Source of the DNA: Octopus bimaculoides | Lineage: Eukaryota | Reading direction: 5' to 3' | Length of the DNA: 54,645 nt | Assembly (NCBI RefSeq): GCF_001194135.2 | Contig: NC_068984.1 | Location: 42,977,576-43,032,220, forward strand | Shown here: positions 22,416 to 34,823 of the stretch, one piece after another | Layout of the letters: the number at the start of each line of letters is the position of its first letter | Numbering within the stretch: the stretch's first letter is position 1 | Made by a program: the position numbers and the translations under genes | The notes under the pieces: generated by a model | The model's input: the letters and a program-made list of their open reading frames with translations, nothing else | Database searches by the model: none | What the model was told of the DNA's origin: nothing

Positions 22416-23269
22416 ACTGAAATCTGTCATGCATCTCTAATGTTAGACTACCTCTTCAGGCCCATGAAATATTTTGGCTTTTGAATAGTTCCTAACCTAA
22501 TACAAACTACGAATCCAGCCTAAATCAGCGACAATTCCCCTGGTTGGTTGACATTACAGTCCCAGAAAGCTTTCAGTGATTAGAAAGCATACATACAGCA
22601 ACGTACTACAAAGATCGATCTTCTTTGTCTTCGCTTTGTCTTTTAAGTTACTGCAAGGGTTTATGTTCTTCTGATATAGCAATCTATGTACCAACTACTT
22701 CTTATTCCATTCGACCTTACCTGCATCTGATAATTTCATCACCCATCTTATACATCTATTATAATAAGTGTGCTCAGTTTACTTACACCAGAATACAACC
22801 TTCAAAATTTTCTCATGCATGATAGTTTCCCTACAAGAATATAACCTACAAATGTTTAAACTGAACACCAATCACTTCGAAAATGTTATTCTGGAAAAAC
22901 TCACTAAAGATAAAGATACTATGCCTTTTTTTTTTCTCATAGAAATGAAAGGAAGAGGCACCAAGACAGATACGGATATGGTAATGATGATATTTTAGTG
23001 ATGACATTTTAATATTTCTTCAAACATGATCAGCAGTCGGTTTAATTGTTAACAAATTCTCGTAGCATCAGGTGAAACGAGAAATAGTGCAAAGAGAATC
23101 AAAACATAGAAGTACTAACGCTACACTTACGATAAAATGTTATGGGTTTAGATGCAGCGACACTGTAGGCGGTAGATAAACTCAATAATTGGTTAATATT
23201 TAGTTGTCATGTCGTTCTGAAGTTGAAGCATGCAGTGAGCAGCGCTCACGCAGGAAAGAGGGAGCAACA

Positions 23270-23980
23270 ACAACATCATCAACGATAGCAGAAGCACGAG
23301 AAACAGCGATGTCAGCAGTGTTGCAACGTGGTAAAAATAACTGCGGTGGTCTCAATATAAGTATGTGTCTTATCTGAATTCTAGAGAAATGTGATGATAA
23401 GTGATAAGTGTTTGAGCCTGAAGATCCTGACCTCAGTGTCTAATGGACATGATTTTAAAGCTGATACTCTTAATGTTTCAGTTGGACAGAATCGGAAGGT
23501 AAGGCCAACGTCACCTGATGTGTTTCTTTAGACAGTGCCTGCAGAAACAAAAACAACATCACCCGATTGCATGTTTTGTTTATAGTTCTATTAGTTTAAA
23601 ATAAATCTGTTTTCAATTGAAAAGTTGTCCAACTTCACAGGATTGTTTTTGTTTTTATGTCGGATATTTGGTGGGGTGTATAAATTAGTCCACTCTTTAT
23701 ATGGGATTTTAGGGTGGGATAATCTGTCCCTCCTCTTCAAATCGGATGGTGGAGTGGAATATATTAGTCACCTCCTTTGCATCAGATGTTTTGTGGAATA
23801 AGTTACGCCCACATATTATGTTAGATGTTGAGGTTTAATGAAATACTTTCCGACGTTTTATATCGGATGAGATGATAGGACAAACTGTTTCTTTCTTTAA
23901 TAAAATAAACAGGATAATAGTTGAAAGAGAACAAAGGACAGAAAGCAGTATCACTTTTGATGATAAGCAAAGGTGATGGG
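23270..23980 (-). repeat. Local duplicated module, copy D (inverted)
   Basis: AATCGGAAGGTAAGGCCAACGTCACCTGATGTGTTTCTTTAGACAGTGCCTGCAGAAACAAAAACAACATCACCCGATT (23490-23570) is the reverse complement of the A/C core. The CAG/CAA-rich tail at ~23270-23320 corresponds to the CTG tail. Confidence 0.85.
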
Positions 23981-24349
23981 TTACGCAACCTCTTGACTTG
24001 CAGGTTTGTAACTTTGAAAGATGACTGGCACTTAAGTATTGAGTGTTTAGTCTGTATTAATATCTATATTAATTGTATATACTATTTGCTTATGAACAAG
24101 CCCGCACTTTAATAAGCCAGATTTTCATGACTAACCAAGAACATTAGTGTTTGTAATCGAACAACAGGAATCGAAACCACTTTGCAGATTTAGCTCACTA
24201 GAAGCTTATGTCCAACATCAGGATGCTTACCCACCCCTCTTAGAATATGTCTCCTCTTAGAATATATCTCCAAATTTTAAGGCATGGCATAACTTTCATG
24301 GCTGACTCAATTACAGACATAAATGATATTATTAAATTCAAGCGGAAAT

Positions 24350-24960
24350 TGGAAACGCTTCGTAGAATCAACTCGCTGTCAGCTTACCTCTTGCACAACG
24401 GCAGCCGACACATTATCGTTGTTGGTATGGATTCTCTATTAACCGAAATATATCCAGCTAAAAATGGCTGTTTGTGTCGAGAGGAATGAACTGTTGCACA
24501 TCAACTACGTAAGCAGTTTCTGATCAGAGACAGGGCTTGAGTCCACTGGCGGGGCTAACCGATATATCTTTTTTCTGAAAGTAAGTATTCGATTAGCCTC
24601 CTATTGCCTACACTTGGCTCACCGGCAAATTCGAATTCAGCACATCAAACTTACAAATTATGATAAATTAAACTAAGAATATATAACAAACTAGTTCTAT
24701 TGCTTCCCTTGCATTGCAACAGTGAGCTGCGTGTACATATGGTACCTATTTACAGCTATGTAGATAAGACAACTTTACTGATGACTTCAATTTCTACTGT
24801 GGGAAAGTTGTCTACAATAGACTGGCGTCCTATAGGAGAAGATTTGTTTCACGTCTGCTTAAAGCTACTGAACCCTGAATTAAATGCCTGTCCAATAAAC
24901 TCTAGGGGGTCTCCGAAAGTATTCAATTAGGGATATTAATAACGATGAGAACTCCGACTC
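24350..24960 (+). mobile_element. Highly degenerate LINE (CR1/Jockey-like) RT fragment
   Basis: LLHNGSRHIIVVG resembles FL.NR.Q.VVV.G, and PIYSYVDKTTL resembles the catalytic PIHSYADDSTL block. Confidence 0.5.
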
Positions 24961-25176
24961 ACTGCAGTCTAAATATAATATTTCATACTCATTACAGATA
25001 TTGTTGCAATAAGCAATACAAATTGTAAATTGGTGTAACTCTTAGAACTTACTCTGACTTCGAATATTCAATTAGGTTCTGTGCAACTATTTTTCCTATT
25101 TCAAATCATACCATCTTCAAATTAACATATTTTTTATACGTCCAGGGTTAATAAAATAAATATTGATAATTTGCAG

Positions 25177-25217
25177 GCTGCGCCATCGACTGCAGTTATC
25201 CGCAGAAAAAAATAATG
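25177..25217 (+). other. Candidate 41-nt exon (unassigned)
   Basis: Acceptor ATAATTTGCAG and consensus donor ATG|GTAAGT, with a CpG-rich body in an AT-rich context. Open in phase 1 (GCAIDCSYPQKKIM) and phase 2. Phase 0 ends AAPSTAVIRRKK*. Confidence 0.3.
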
Positions 25218-25397
25218 GTAAGTCATGTTAACGTATCCATTTCATGAAATTGAGAAGTTTATTATTTAGGTGGGAGCACGCAAAGTTGTGTCTACAGGCT
25301 GAAACACCAATAATGATAGAATAAACCAGGAATTCAAATAGTATCGCAGATTTCATATCATTAATGCTCACCCAGCAATATCAAAATATCTAAGCAA

Positions 25398-25455
25398 TTG
25401 TTAGGTGAAGGACTGGGATTTAAATGGGTTAGGGTCAGGTTTAGGATTGCGATTA
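25398..25455 (+). repeat. Degenerate telomere-like (TTAGGG-type) tract
   Basis: TTAGGTGAAGGACTGGGATTTAAATGGGTTAGGGTCAGGTTTAGGATTGCGATTAAATTAGG. Confidence 0.45.
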
Positions 25456-25482
25456 AATTAGGCTCACAACTAATGTTTTTTG

Positions 25483-25549
<67 letters not shown>

Positions 25550-25559
25550 AGTTACCTTC

Positions 25560-25795
25560 TCGAGTCATGTCGATTCATAAGAGCTGGTTTCCCAGTTGTA
25601 TGGCAGTTTCCTCGCCTGGACGGGAAGCCGGTCCATCGCAGAATTGCTCGTTTTTTGCCAGCTGAGTGGACTGGAGCAGCGTGAAATGAAGTGCTTTGCT
25701 CAAAACCACAATGCGTCGCCCGCTCCAGGAATCGAAACCATAATCTTACTATCATGAGTCCAACACCCTAAACACTAAGCCACGCACTTCCACAA
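25560..25795 (-). mobile_element. tRNA-derived CORE-like SINE (family C), inverted
   Basis: Reverse complement reads GTGCGTGGCTTAGTG..GGTTTCGATTCCTGG..TTGAGCAAAGCACTTCATTTCACGCTGCTCCAGTCCACTCAGCTG. Confidence 0.85.
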
Positions 25796-26442
25796 TGTAA
25801 TCATTTGGTCCTCTGTAATCCTTTCATCTGGCATCATGCTAAGAGTTCACGTATCTATTGAATACTCAGTTACTTATACAATAATCCATTGGTTAGGTAG
25901 CTCAGGTAACCGAACAACTGAAATGTCCTGATCGGTACTTTGCAAAGGAAATCCTTGACAATATTTGGTCAGGTGGTATGATCGAGACAACCTGTTGTCA
26001 CCTTCGCCATCGTAAATGTAGATTGTTTCTATACAAGCGACAGTTATTCACAAACCGAGAAAATAAAATACAGAAATATACATACATAGTTATATATNNN
26101 NNNNNNNNNNNNNNNNNNNNNNNNNNNNNNNNNNNNNNNNNNNNNNNNNNNNNNNNNNNNNNNNNNNNNNNNNNNNNNNNNNNNNNNNNNNNNNNNNNNN
26201 NNNNNNNNNNNNNNNNNNNNNNNNNNNNNNNNNNNNNNNNNNNNNNNNNNNNNNNNNNNNNNNNNNNNNNNNNNNNNNNNNNNNNNNNNNNNNNNNNNNN
26301 NNNNNNNNNNNNNNNNNNNNNNNNNNNNNNNNNNNNNNNNNNNNNNNNNNNNNNNNNNNNNNNNNNNNNNNNNNNNNNNNNNNNNNNNNNNNNNNNNNNN
26401 NNNNNNNNNNNNNNNNNNNNNNNNNNNNNNNNNNNNNNNNNN

Positions 26443-26512
<70 letters not shown>

Positions 26513-27480
26513 TTTCCTTTCGCTCCTCTTCGACTAGATCATTTTTTTTTCATTTTCTTCCATGTAAGTGTATTGTGCATAGTTGCAAGGTTGTGAAAGA
26601 AAACTTGTTTAATTGAACATTATTTAAAGCTTAAGATCTAGAAGATGTTTATTCTTCCACCAGTCGTGATAATGTGTAACGTATGAATTAAAGAATTACA
26701 TTTTCTCTCCCAGAATCCAAGTTCAGCCATACTTTCCTCCAGGTGAACTGGCACGTATTCTGTTAATCCAATAATGTTAAGTATGAAACTGAAAATTTAT
26801 CTTCGGTATTGGATTTTAAAACTCAATAGTTATGTATATATGCTCATATGTATATACAAATGTATGAGCATATGTGAACCGTATATCTCAAACTGATACT
26901 CTAGTTTATTGTACTTCTATATCTTTGTATAGTGAAACAATGTTAGCGACCAGGTGGTGAATGTACAAAGAAAGACTTCACAGTGAAAGTTATCTGTCAG
27001 CAATCAAGTTGGAAATGTAAAACGAAAGCTTCTGATACTCAGTATGGTATATTATTAGTAAATGAGAACCTAACGGCGAGTATATGCATATGTGGGCGAG
27101 TAGATGTATATATGTGCGTGTGTGTATTAGCTGCTATTATGACGTAACTACGTCAAAATTGTATTATATTTATATATATATATAATTTGAATGTATGTAA
27201 TTATGAATATGTGTAGGTGTATATAGCTATAAATTTTAATGAGACACACATTCCAGCCCATCAGACATTAATTAGTTCTAATTTTCCCTCCCTCTCTCCA
27301 ACTCGACAATAAGAATTAAATGGGCTTGAGGTTTTTTCTATTTTTGTTTTTTATTGAAGGAAGAAAACAACACGGTTGGAATATTGTAGGGAAATCTACA
27401 CAGGGGACAATATAATAGAAATAGTGTTAAAAATATGCTTGTCATATTCTTTCAATTCATAACTTAGTCCGACACACTTC

Positions 27481-27640
27481 CTAATTCGAGAGTACATATT
27501 CACTCTCACCTTTACTGAAACCACCATCACTACCACAATCATTATCAGCATCAGAACTTTCGTTTTCGCAGTAAAGTTTTAACGAGGATTCAATCATCTC
27601 GAAAAGGGTTATAATCGAGGTAACAACACGCGAATAGTCT
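27481..27640 (-). mobile_element. Possible piggyBac transposase acidic N-terminal remnant
   Basis: ATAACCCTTTTCG resembles a TTAA-CCCT end and is followed by the acidic stretch ENESSDADNDCGSDGGFSKGESEYV. No catalytic motifs are seen. Confidence 0.25.
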
Positions 27641-27643
27641 ACC

Positions 27644-27719
<76 letters not shown>

Positions 27720-28055
27720 ATTTATATATATTTGTATACCAAAAATTAGGCAAAAATATTGTATCTGTTAACAAACGTAGCAAAATACTCAAAGTGAGTT
27801 TTTGTATTTATATAGGTCATTTTCATTATTATAATAAAGTATTTTCAATAGATCAGTTTTCAGCTNNNNNNNNNNNNNNNNNNNNNNNNNNNNNNNNNNN
27901 NNNNNNNNNNNNNNNNNNNNNNNNNNNNNNNNNNNNNNNNNNNNNNNNNNNNNNNNNNNNNNNNNNNNNNNNNNNNNNNNNNNNNNNNNNNNNNNNNNNN
28001 NNNNNNNNNNNNNNNNNNNNNNNNNNNNNNNNNNNNNNNNNNNNNNNNNNNNNNN

Positions 28056-28504
28056 TTATTTTTCAAAATAAAGACCATCATTTTCCACGACCTTCTGCCA
28101 ACGATCTGCAAGCTTTCAGACTCGGTCAAAGTACCAATCCTTCGGCTTTGAATCGAAGAATTCTTGTACATATGTCATCGAATGACTCAAATCGGCGACC
28201 TTTCTTAAAGTGCTGATCGATCGGAAGAGTCCATAGTCAGATGGAGGAACATCTGGACTATAGACTGAATGGGGCAGAACTTCCACACCGTCCAGTTCTT
28301 CAATCTTGTTGCTGGTCTTTCTGGCGGTATGCGGCTTTGCATTGTCTTGCTGAAATAAAGCGCGTTTTCGACAAACAAGTCTTGGGTACTTTTCAACAGC
28401 GAGTCACCATTGAACATGGCATAAACTGAATGAACACATACACCACACAAATATATAAAAAAGCATTATTTTAACATGGCGCACGAACTTTTTCCTCAAC
28501 CAAA
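28056..28504 (-). mobile_element. mariner (DD34D) transposon, internally deleted; C-terminal transposase plus one TIR
   Basis: Minus strand gives EKYPRLVCRKRALFQQDNAKPHTARKT..VEVLPHSVYSPDVPPSDYGLFRS and then, after a frameshift, EFFDSKPKDW..KLADRWQKVVENDGLYFEK*. TIR-like TTTGGTTGAGGAAAAAGTTCGTGCG followed by TA at 28505. The other end falls in an N-gap. Confidence 0.9.
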
Positions 28505-28519
28505 TATATATATATCTTT

Positions 28520-29072
<553 letters not shown>

Positions 29073-29080
29073 CTACATGC

Positions 29081-29162
<82 letters not shown>

Positions 29163-29555
29163 GCATGTGTGTGTGTGTGTGTTTATTTGTGTGTGTGTGG
29201 TTTGGAGGAATGAAAGGAGACGTCATAACTGGAATTAAGACAGGAAGAGTGACGTCGGGGCTGGAAGCAAGGGGAAGTAGCGTACACGTATAAGCGCAAC
29301 CATCGAGCTCTGTTGACTCTTGTGTATCGATACTGGATACACTGTTACGATTTCATCTCGTGGTAAGAGCATCTTTACTTTTTGCCTTCCTGCTACAGAA
29401 TGTATACCGAACTACTCCGCATCATTGTCAGACTAAGAAATAGTTTCTTATATTTGACTCGAGTCGAAAATTCTGGTATCGTGCACCACTTCTTAAGCAA
29501 AATTAACATAAGTATCTTTATCCATTTCAGTATCATTAAGAATCAGTATGATTTA

Positions 29556-29720
29556 GGCGCATGAGTGGCTGTGTGGTAAGTAGCTTGCTTACCAACCACA
29601 TGGTTCTGGGTTCATTCCCACTGCGTGGCACCTTGGACAAGTGTCTTCTACTATAGCCTCGGGACAACCAAAGCCTTATGAGAGGATTTAGTAGACGGAA
29701 ACTGAAAGAAGCCTGTCGTA

Positions 29721-29781
<61 letters not shown>

Positions 29782-30000
29782 GTGTGTATATGTTTGTGTG
29801 TCTGTTTGTCCCCCCAACATCGCTTGACAACCGATGGTGGTGTGTTTGCGTCCCCGTAACTTAGCGGTTCGGCAAAAAAGACCGATAGAATAAGTACTAG
29901 GCTTACAAAGAATAAGTCCTGGGGTCGATTTGCTCGACTAAAGGCGGTGCTCTAGCATGGCTCCAGTCAAATGACTAAAACAATTAAAAGAGTAAAAGAG
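29556..30000 (+). mobile_element. tRNA-derived SINE with internal TA/TG microsatellite (family B), full length
   Basis: A box TGGCTGTGTGG, B box GGGTTCATTCCC, GGCACCTTGGACAAGTGTC, central microsatellite, 3' GGGGTCGATTTGCTCGACTAAAGGCGGTGCTC and (AAAGAGT)n tail. Confidence 0.92.
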
Positions 30001-30529
30001 TAACTGATAAAGAACTGATAAAGAATCAGAAGTAGTTCACGGCAACAACAATGACAACAACAGTCGAAAAACAAAGAAATGCCACAGTGCCGATACAACA
30101 CATCCACAATAATCGCAACTGGCCTGACAATGAAATCGATATTCCCATTAGCTCATGGTTCATTCTTTCCTAACATGAAAACATCCATGTCTCATGTATA
30201 AACCTCATTGCCAAAAGAGTCGCTCACCCCTTTAATAACCACCAAGAGAGACAAATTCAAAAGAGACTGAAGCAAATTACTAGTTCATACCATACCATAA
30301 TTAACTACTTTAATAAACTGACTCACATTTTTTCCAACAAACACAGCTCGCGGTGAGCAGCAGCAACAAAAACAACAACTACAATAACAACCACATCAGC
30401 AACAAAAACAACCACCATAACCGCAGCCTCGCCGACGAAAGCAACAACAAAGTTCTCTAAGCCACCATTGCATAAAACCTCAATACCATCATCATCGGTA
30501 TTGTCATTACTGCTAATATCATTTTCTAC

Positions 30530-30650
30530 AACTACTACTACTACCACCACCACCACCACCACCACCACCACTACTACAACTACTACTACTACCTCATATT
30601 ATTATTATCATCATTATCATTATCATCATTATTATTATAATTATTTACTT
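30530..30650. repeat. (ACT/ACC)n(ATT/ATC)n compound microsatellite
   Basis: Direct reading. Confidence 0.95.
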
Positions 30651-30654
30651 TTAA

Positions 30655-31094
30655 TCTGCATGTTTTACTTTTAATGTTTTAATTTTAATCTGCAAGGTTT
30701 GTTACAGTCACTTGCCGAGACACACCCAGTATCCTGGGGCGAGTGAAGGATAAGAGATGTTACAGTATGACTGAAAGCTTGAGGAGGAGAAGTAGCGAAA
30801 TATCTTCATGTAATACAAAACAGACATTTAAATGGATAGTATCTTTCTGAGGATGTGGGCAGTACTTGTCAGTACAATCTTTTGCATTTCTCTGAGACAT
30901 GGTTCTCCTGGGATCTTATCTAGATGCTTCCGACATCCCTTTTTTATCATACCTAGGGCACCTGCAATAACAGGAACAGTTTTCGTTTTAAGATGCCACA
31001 TCTTTTGTATTTCAGTTTCCAGGTCCTTATATTTACTTAGTTCATCTAATTCCTTTACAGATATATTTTTATCAGTGGGAACACTTGTATCTAT
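30655..31094 (-). mobile_element. R4/Dong 5'-truncated insertion inside trinucleotide microsatellite; uninterrupted 88-codon ORF end
   Basis: IIDTSVPTDKNISVKELDELSKYKDLETEIQKMWHLKTKTVPVIAGALGMIKKG..QKIVLTSTAHILRKILSI* (stop at 30828). ATT/ATC repeats lie on both sides (30598-30640 and 31092-31213). Confidence 0.92.
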
Positions 31095-31150
31095 TATTAT
31101 TATCATGATCATGATCATCATCATCATCATTATCATCATCATCATCATCA

Positions 31151-31205
<55 letters not shown>

Positions 31206-31213
31206 CATTATTC
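31092..31213. repeat. (ATC)n(ATT)n compound microsatellite
   Basis: Direct reading. Confidence 0.97.
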
Positions 31214-31445
31214 ATTTTCGTCTTTTCCTTCCGTTTTCACTTCTGGCACTGACTAACCTCAACCACTCATGTCTACCTCTGCCTTTCACCACTCAACCAC
31301 TCCGTCTTTCTCCCTCACCCACCACCACTACCTCAACGTGAACAGTACCAAAATCAATTACCTCTATGACTACTACTTCTACCAGCGTCGCACCTCGACC
31401 ACATCTCTCTCTCTCTCTCTCTTTTTTTTTCTCTCTCTCTCTTTT

Positions 31446-31494
<49 letters not shown>

Positions 31495-31495
<1 letters not shown>

Positions 31496-31722
31496 AACTT
31501 TGTCTGTGTTCCCCCCAACCCCCATTGCCGCTTGACAGCCGGTGTTGGTGTGTGTACGTCCCTTAACATAGCGGTTCGAAGAAAAAACCTATCAAATAAG
31601 TACTAAAAATAAGTACTAAAAAACAGTCCTGGGGTCTATTTGTTCGACTAAAAAAACCCTTCAAAGGTGGTGCTCCGGTATGGCCGCAGTCAAACGACTA
31701 AAGCAAGTGAAAGAATAAAAGA
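31495..31722 (+). mobile_element. SINE family B, 3' half
   Basis: GTGTTCCCCCCAAC..GCTTGACAGCCGGTGTTGGTGTG..TAGCGGTTCG..GGGGTCTATTTGTTCGACTAAA..GGTGGTGCTCCGG, matching 29810-29990. Confidence 0.85.
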
Positions 31723-32984
31723 ATATACATATAAAGAGAGAGAGAGGGAAGACAGACATATCGACAGACATATATAGACAGATATAGTTTAAATACGAAC
31801 ATATGTGTATGTATGTGCATACATAAGGGCGGGTTAATACATGCATTTACACGTACCTAATGCATGAGTGTGTGTGTCCGTGTATGTGTGTGTAAATGCA
31901 TGCATTTACACAATACCTAATGCATGAGTGTGTGTATATGTGTGTCTGTGTCTGTGTATCTGTGCGCGCGCGTATGTGCGTGCACACATGGGTGCGTGTG
32001 TGTATACATAACAGTCTAATCATTGAGGGATTTTTATGGTAAAACTATTACACAGTATTAGCACAGGAAGTTAAATTCAGTTTGATGGGCGATGACAGAA
32101 CTCGTTCGACTGTGGAAAATGATAGCGGAAGTCCCTTGTAGTCAGCATCTTGTCTTTGAGAGCAAGAATATAAAAGCAACTAATCTCAACAATTAGTTGA
32201 AATCAAGTTGGAAGCCTTCAAATTCACTGAGAAATAAAGTGTACCCTCTGGAAGTATTCTGTTACGCTATTGCGTAGATTCCATCTATTCTTCTAGTCAA
32301 CTTTGTGGAAATTTTAACAAGCAATTAACCTATTTCAATGCTTTAATAACGACAGCAACAATTACAACTATAATCTAGAACCAATGAGAAAGCCTCTACA
32401 TGGAACTTCGACCCGTCTAGAATTAGCAACCAAATCTACCTTGGATCATGGGAAAGGTATATTGGATGAAACGGTGTGGCAATAGTAAGAACGTCTTTGA
32501 TCGACCATAAGTTATGGATGTTCTGAAGCTAAATAATAACACCACTGTCGACAACAATAGAAATAATAATAGCTTCATGTGTTGGCACCAGGCCAGCAAT
32601 ATTGCTGAGGAAGGGGATTAGTCGACTATATCTACCCTAGTATTCGACTGATACTTTATTTTATCGATCCCGAAAGATGATAAACAAATTTGGTTTAGCC
32701 AGTATCATATTGGCTGTTGGAAGAGCTAACTTCCCCTTCAATTTGGGAAGCCATGTTGTTATCTTTTAACATGTAACTTCGATGTATAAAACTTTTAAAA
32801 TTCGCCCTTCTGGAAAATTTCAGGAAAATTTCATAACGCCAACTAGCTTCAGAGAAAGTTTAATAAGAAAATGCTGCATAAAAATTACTTTGTTTGATAC
32901 GAGAAAATTCGAAAACAAAATACGAACCCCAATTCGATGTTTATCATTTTCAAACAACATCAGTAACGGTTTCTGACTTAAGTA

Positions 32985-33140
32985 TAAGCCAGCAGTTTTG
33001 AGGGAGGGCTTAATGGGTATCTTGGACTCAAGTGCTTGAGTGGTACTTATTTCATCAAGCACAAAAGTATGAAAGGCAAAGGCAACCCTGGTGGCATTTG
33101 AACTCAGGAGGTAAGGAATCGGAAGATACAAGTATCTTAC
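32985..33140 (-). mobile_element. SINE family A, inverted (a further partial inverted copy lies at ~32580-32715)
   Basis: GGTACTTATTTCATC..ATGAAAGGCAAAG..GGCATTTGAACTCAG. Confidence 0.7.
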
Positions 33141-33179
33141 CTGGCACTATCGTTAGCACACTGGACGAACTGCAAAGTG

Positions 33180-33350
33180 GTATTTCGCCTGTCGTTACGT
33201 TCTGAGTTCAAATTCCGCCGAGGTCAGCTTTGCCTTTCATCTTTTCAGAGTCGATAAATTAAATATCAGTGAATAACTGGGGTCGATGAAATAGACTAGT
33301 TCCCTATCCCAAAATTTCAGGCCTTGTGCCTTTAATAGAAAGAATTATCA
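33180..33350 (+). mobile_element. SINE family A
   Basis: GTTACGTTCTGAGTTCAAATTCCGCCGAGGTCAGCTTTGCCTTTCATC..GTCGATAAATTAA..GGGGTCGATG. Confidence 0.88.
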
Positions 33351-33751
33351 TTATCATTGTTATTATATATTTCTTTTCTTTTCCATTCTAGTTTCATGGT
33401 ATGAAATATTAATGTGGTACTCTTTCAAGGTACTCTGAGCTTCTATACGCAAACCTGTCAAGTGTTGTGATAGCACAAACAACTCTTTAGCCATGTAAGG
33501 ATAAACTGGAACCCAAAATACCACACACACACACACACATTGTTCTTGTTCCGAAAGAGAAGGTTAATACATCTTAATCTTATCATACTACTAACATCTT
33601 CCTACGCCTACCACAAACTTTCCCCATTGTCTCAGGAATGTCTATATCTCTCCAGTCCCCCTTGTCATCCCTACCTCTCCCACACCTAAGCGTCTACTGT
33701 CATTCTACTGCTACCTTTTCAGCTTACTTTTTCTGTTTTGTTTTTTCTCTT

Positions 33752-33783
<32 letters not shown>

Positions 33784-33793
33784 ACATCTCTAA

Positions 33794-33824
<31 letters not shown>

Positions 33825-34364
33825 CCCTACCTCTGATTCTTCCCTACCTCTCTCCCTCAGTCTCCCCTACGCACTCCCTCTCTNNNNNNNNNNNNNNNNN
33901 NNNNNNNNNNNNNNNNNNNNNNNNNNNNNNNNNNNNNNNNNNNNNNNNNNNNNNNNNNNNNNNNNNNNNNNNNNNNNNNNNNNNNNNNNNNNNNNNNNNN
34001 NNNNNNNNNNNNNNNNNNNNNNNNNNNNNNNNNNNNNNNNNNNNNNNNNNNNNNNNNNNNNNNNNNNNNNNNNNNNNNNNNNNNNNNNNNNNNNNNNNNN
34101 NNNNNNNNNNNNNNNNNNNNNNNNNNNNNNNNNNNNNNNNNNNNNNNNNNNNNNNNNNNNNNNNNNNNNNNNNNNNNNNNNNNNNNNNNNNNNNNNNNNN
34201 NNNNNNNNNNNNNNNNNNNNNNNNNNNNNNNNNNNNNNNNNNNNNNNNNNNNNNNNNNNNNNNNNNNNNNNNNNNNNNNNNNNNNNNNNNNNNNNNNNNN
34301 NNNNNNNNNNNNNNNNNNNNNNNNNNNNNNNNNNNNNNNNNNNNNNATTAAAACCCTTTCTAAC

Positions 34365-34823
34365 ATGGAAGTATCCAAAGAGCATTTGAAGCACATAACG
34401 TTTTATGAGTACAAAAAAGGAAACTCTGCTGCCGAAGCGACTCGAAACATACACTCAGTTTATGGGAAAGAATGCTTGAATGAAAGAACTTGCAGAAATT
34501 GGATTGCAAAATTCAGAAGTGGAGATTTCAGCCTTGAAGAGGAAGATCGAACAGGATTTCCAGTTGAGTCTGATGATAAGCTCCTTGAAGCATTACTTGA
34601 AGAAAATCCTGCATTATCAGTTGAAGAATTGGCAATAAAGCTTAGTTCAAACCATACAACTATTCATCTTCATCTTCAACAACTTGAAAAGGTTCCTAAA
34701 CTTGGAAAATGGGTGCCTCATGAATTGTCCGAAAGTAACCGCAAATCCCGAGTTGACATCTGCTCTTCTCTCCATTCTCGCGAACTCATTTCACCCTTTT
34801 TGGATAGACTTGTGGATGGTGAC
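34365..34823 (+). mobile_element. mariner transposase, N-terminal 153 codons (open; remainder in N-gap)
   Basis: MEVSKEHLKH..YEYKKGNSAAEATRNI..VYG..CRNWIAKFRSGDFSLEE (paired HTH domains), the WVPHEL linker and FLDRLVDGD at the first catalytic Asp. It lies on a 477-bp contig between two gaps. Confidence 0.92.

Noticed and set aside
30323-30674. Thr-rich mucin-like / GPI-signal-like reading and acidic antisense ORF
   Set aside because: Decayed ACA/ACC/ACT trinucleotide repeats. An in-frame stop lies immediately upstream and all frames give similar low-complexity peptides.
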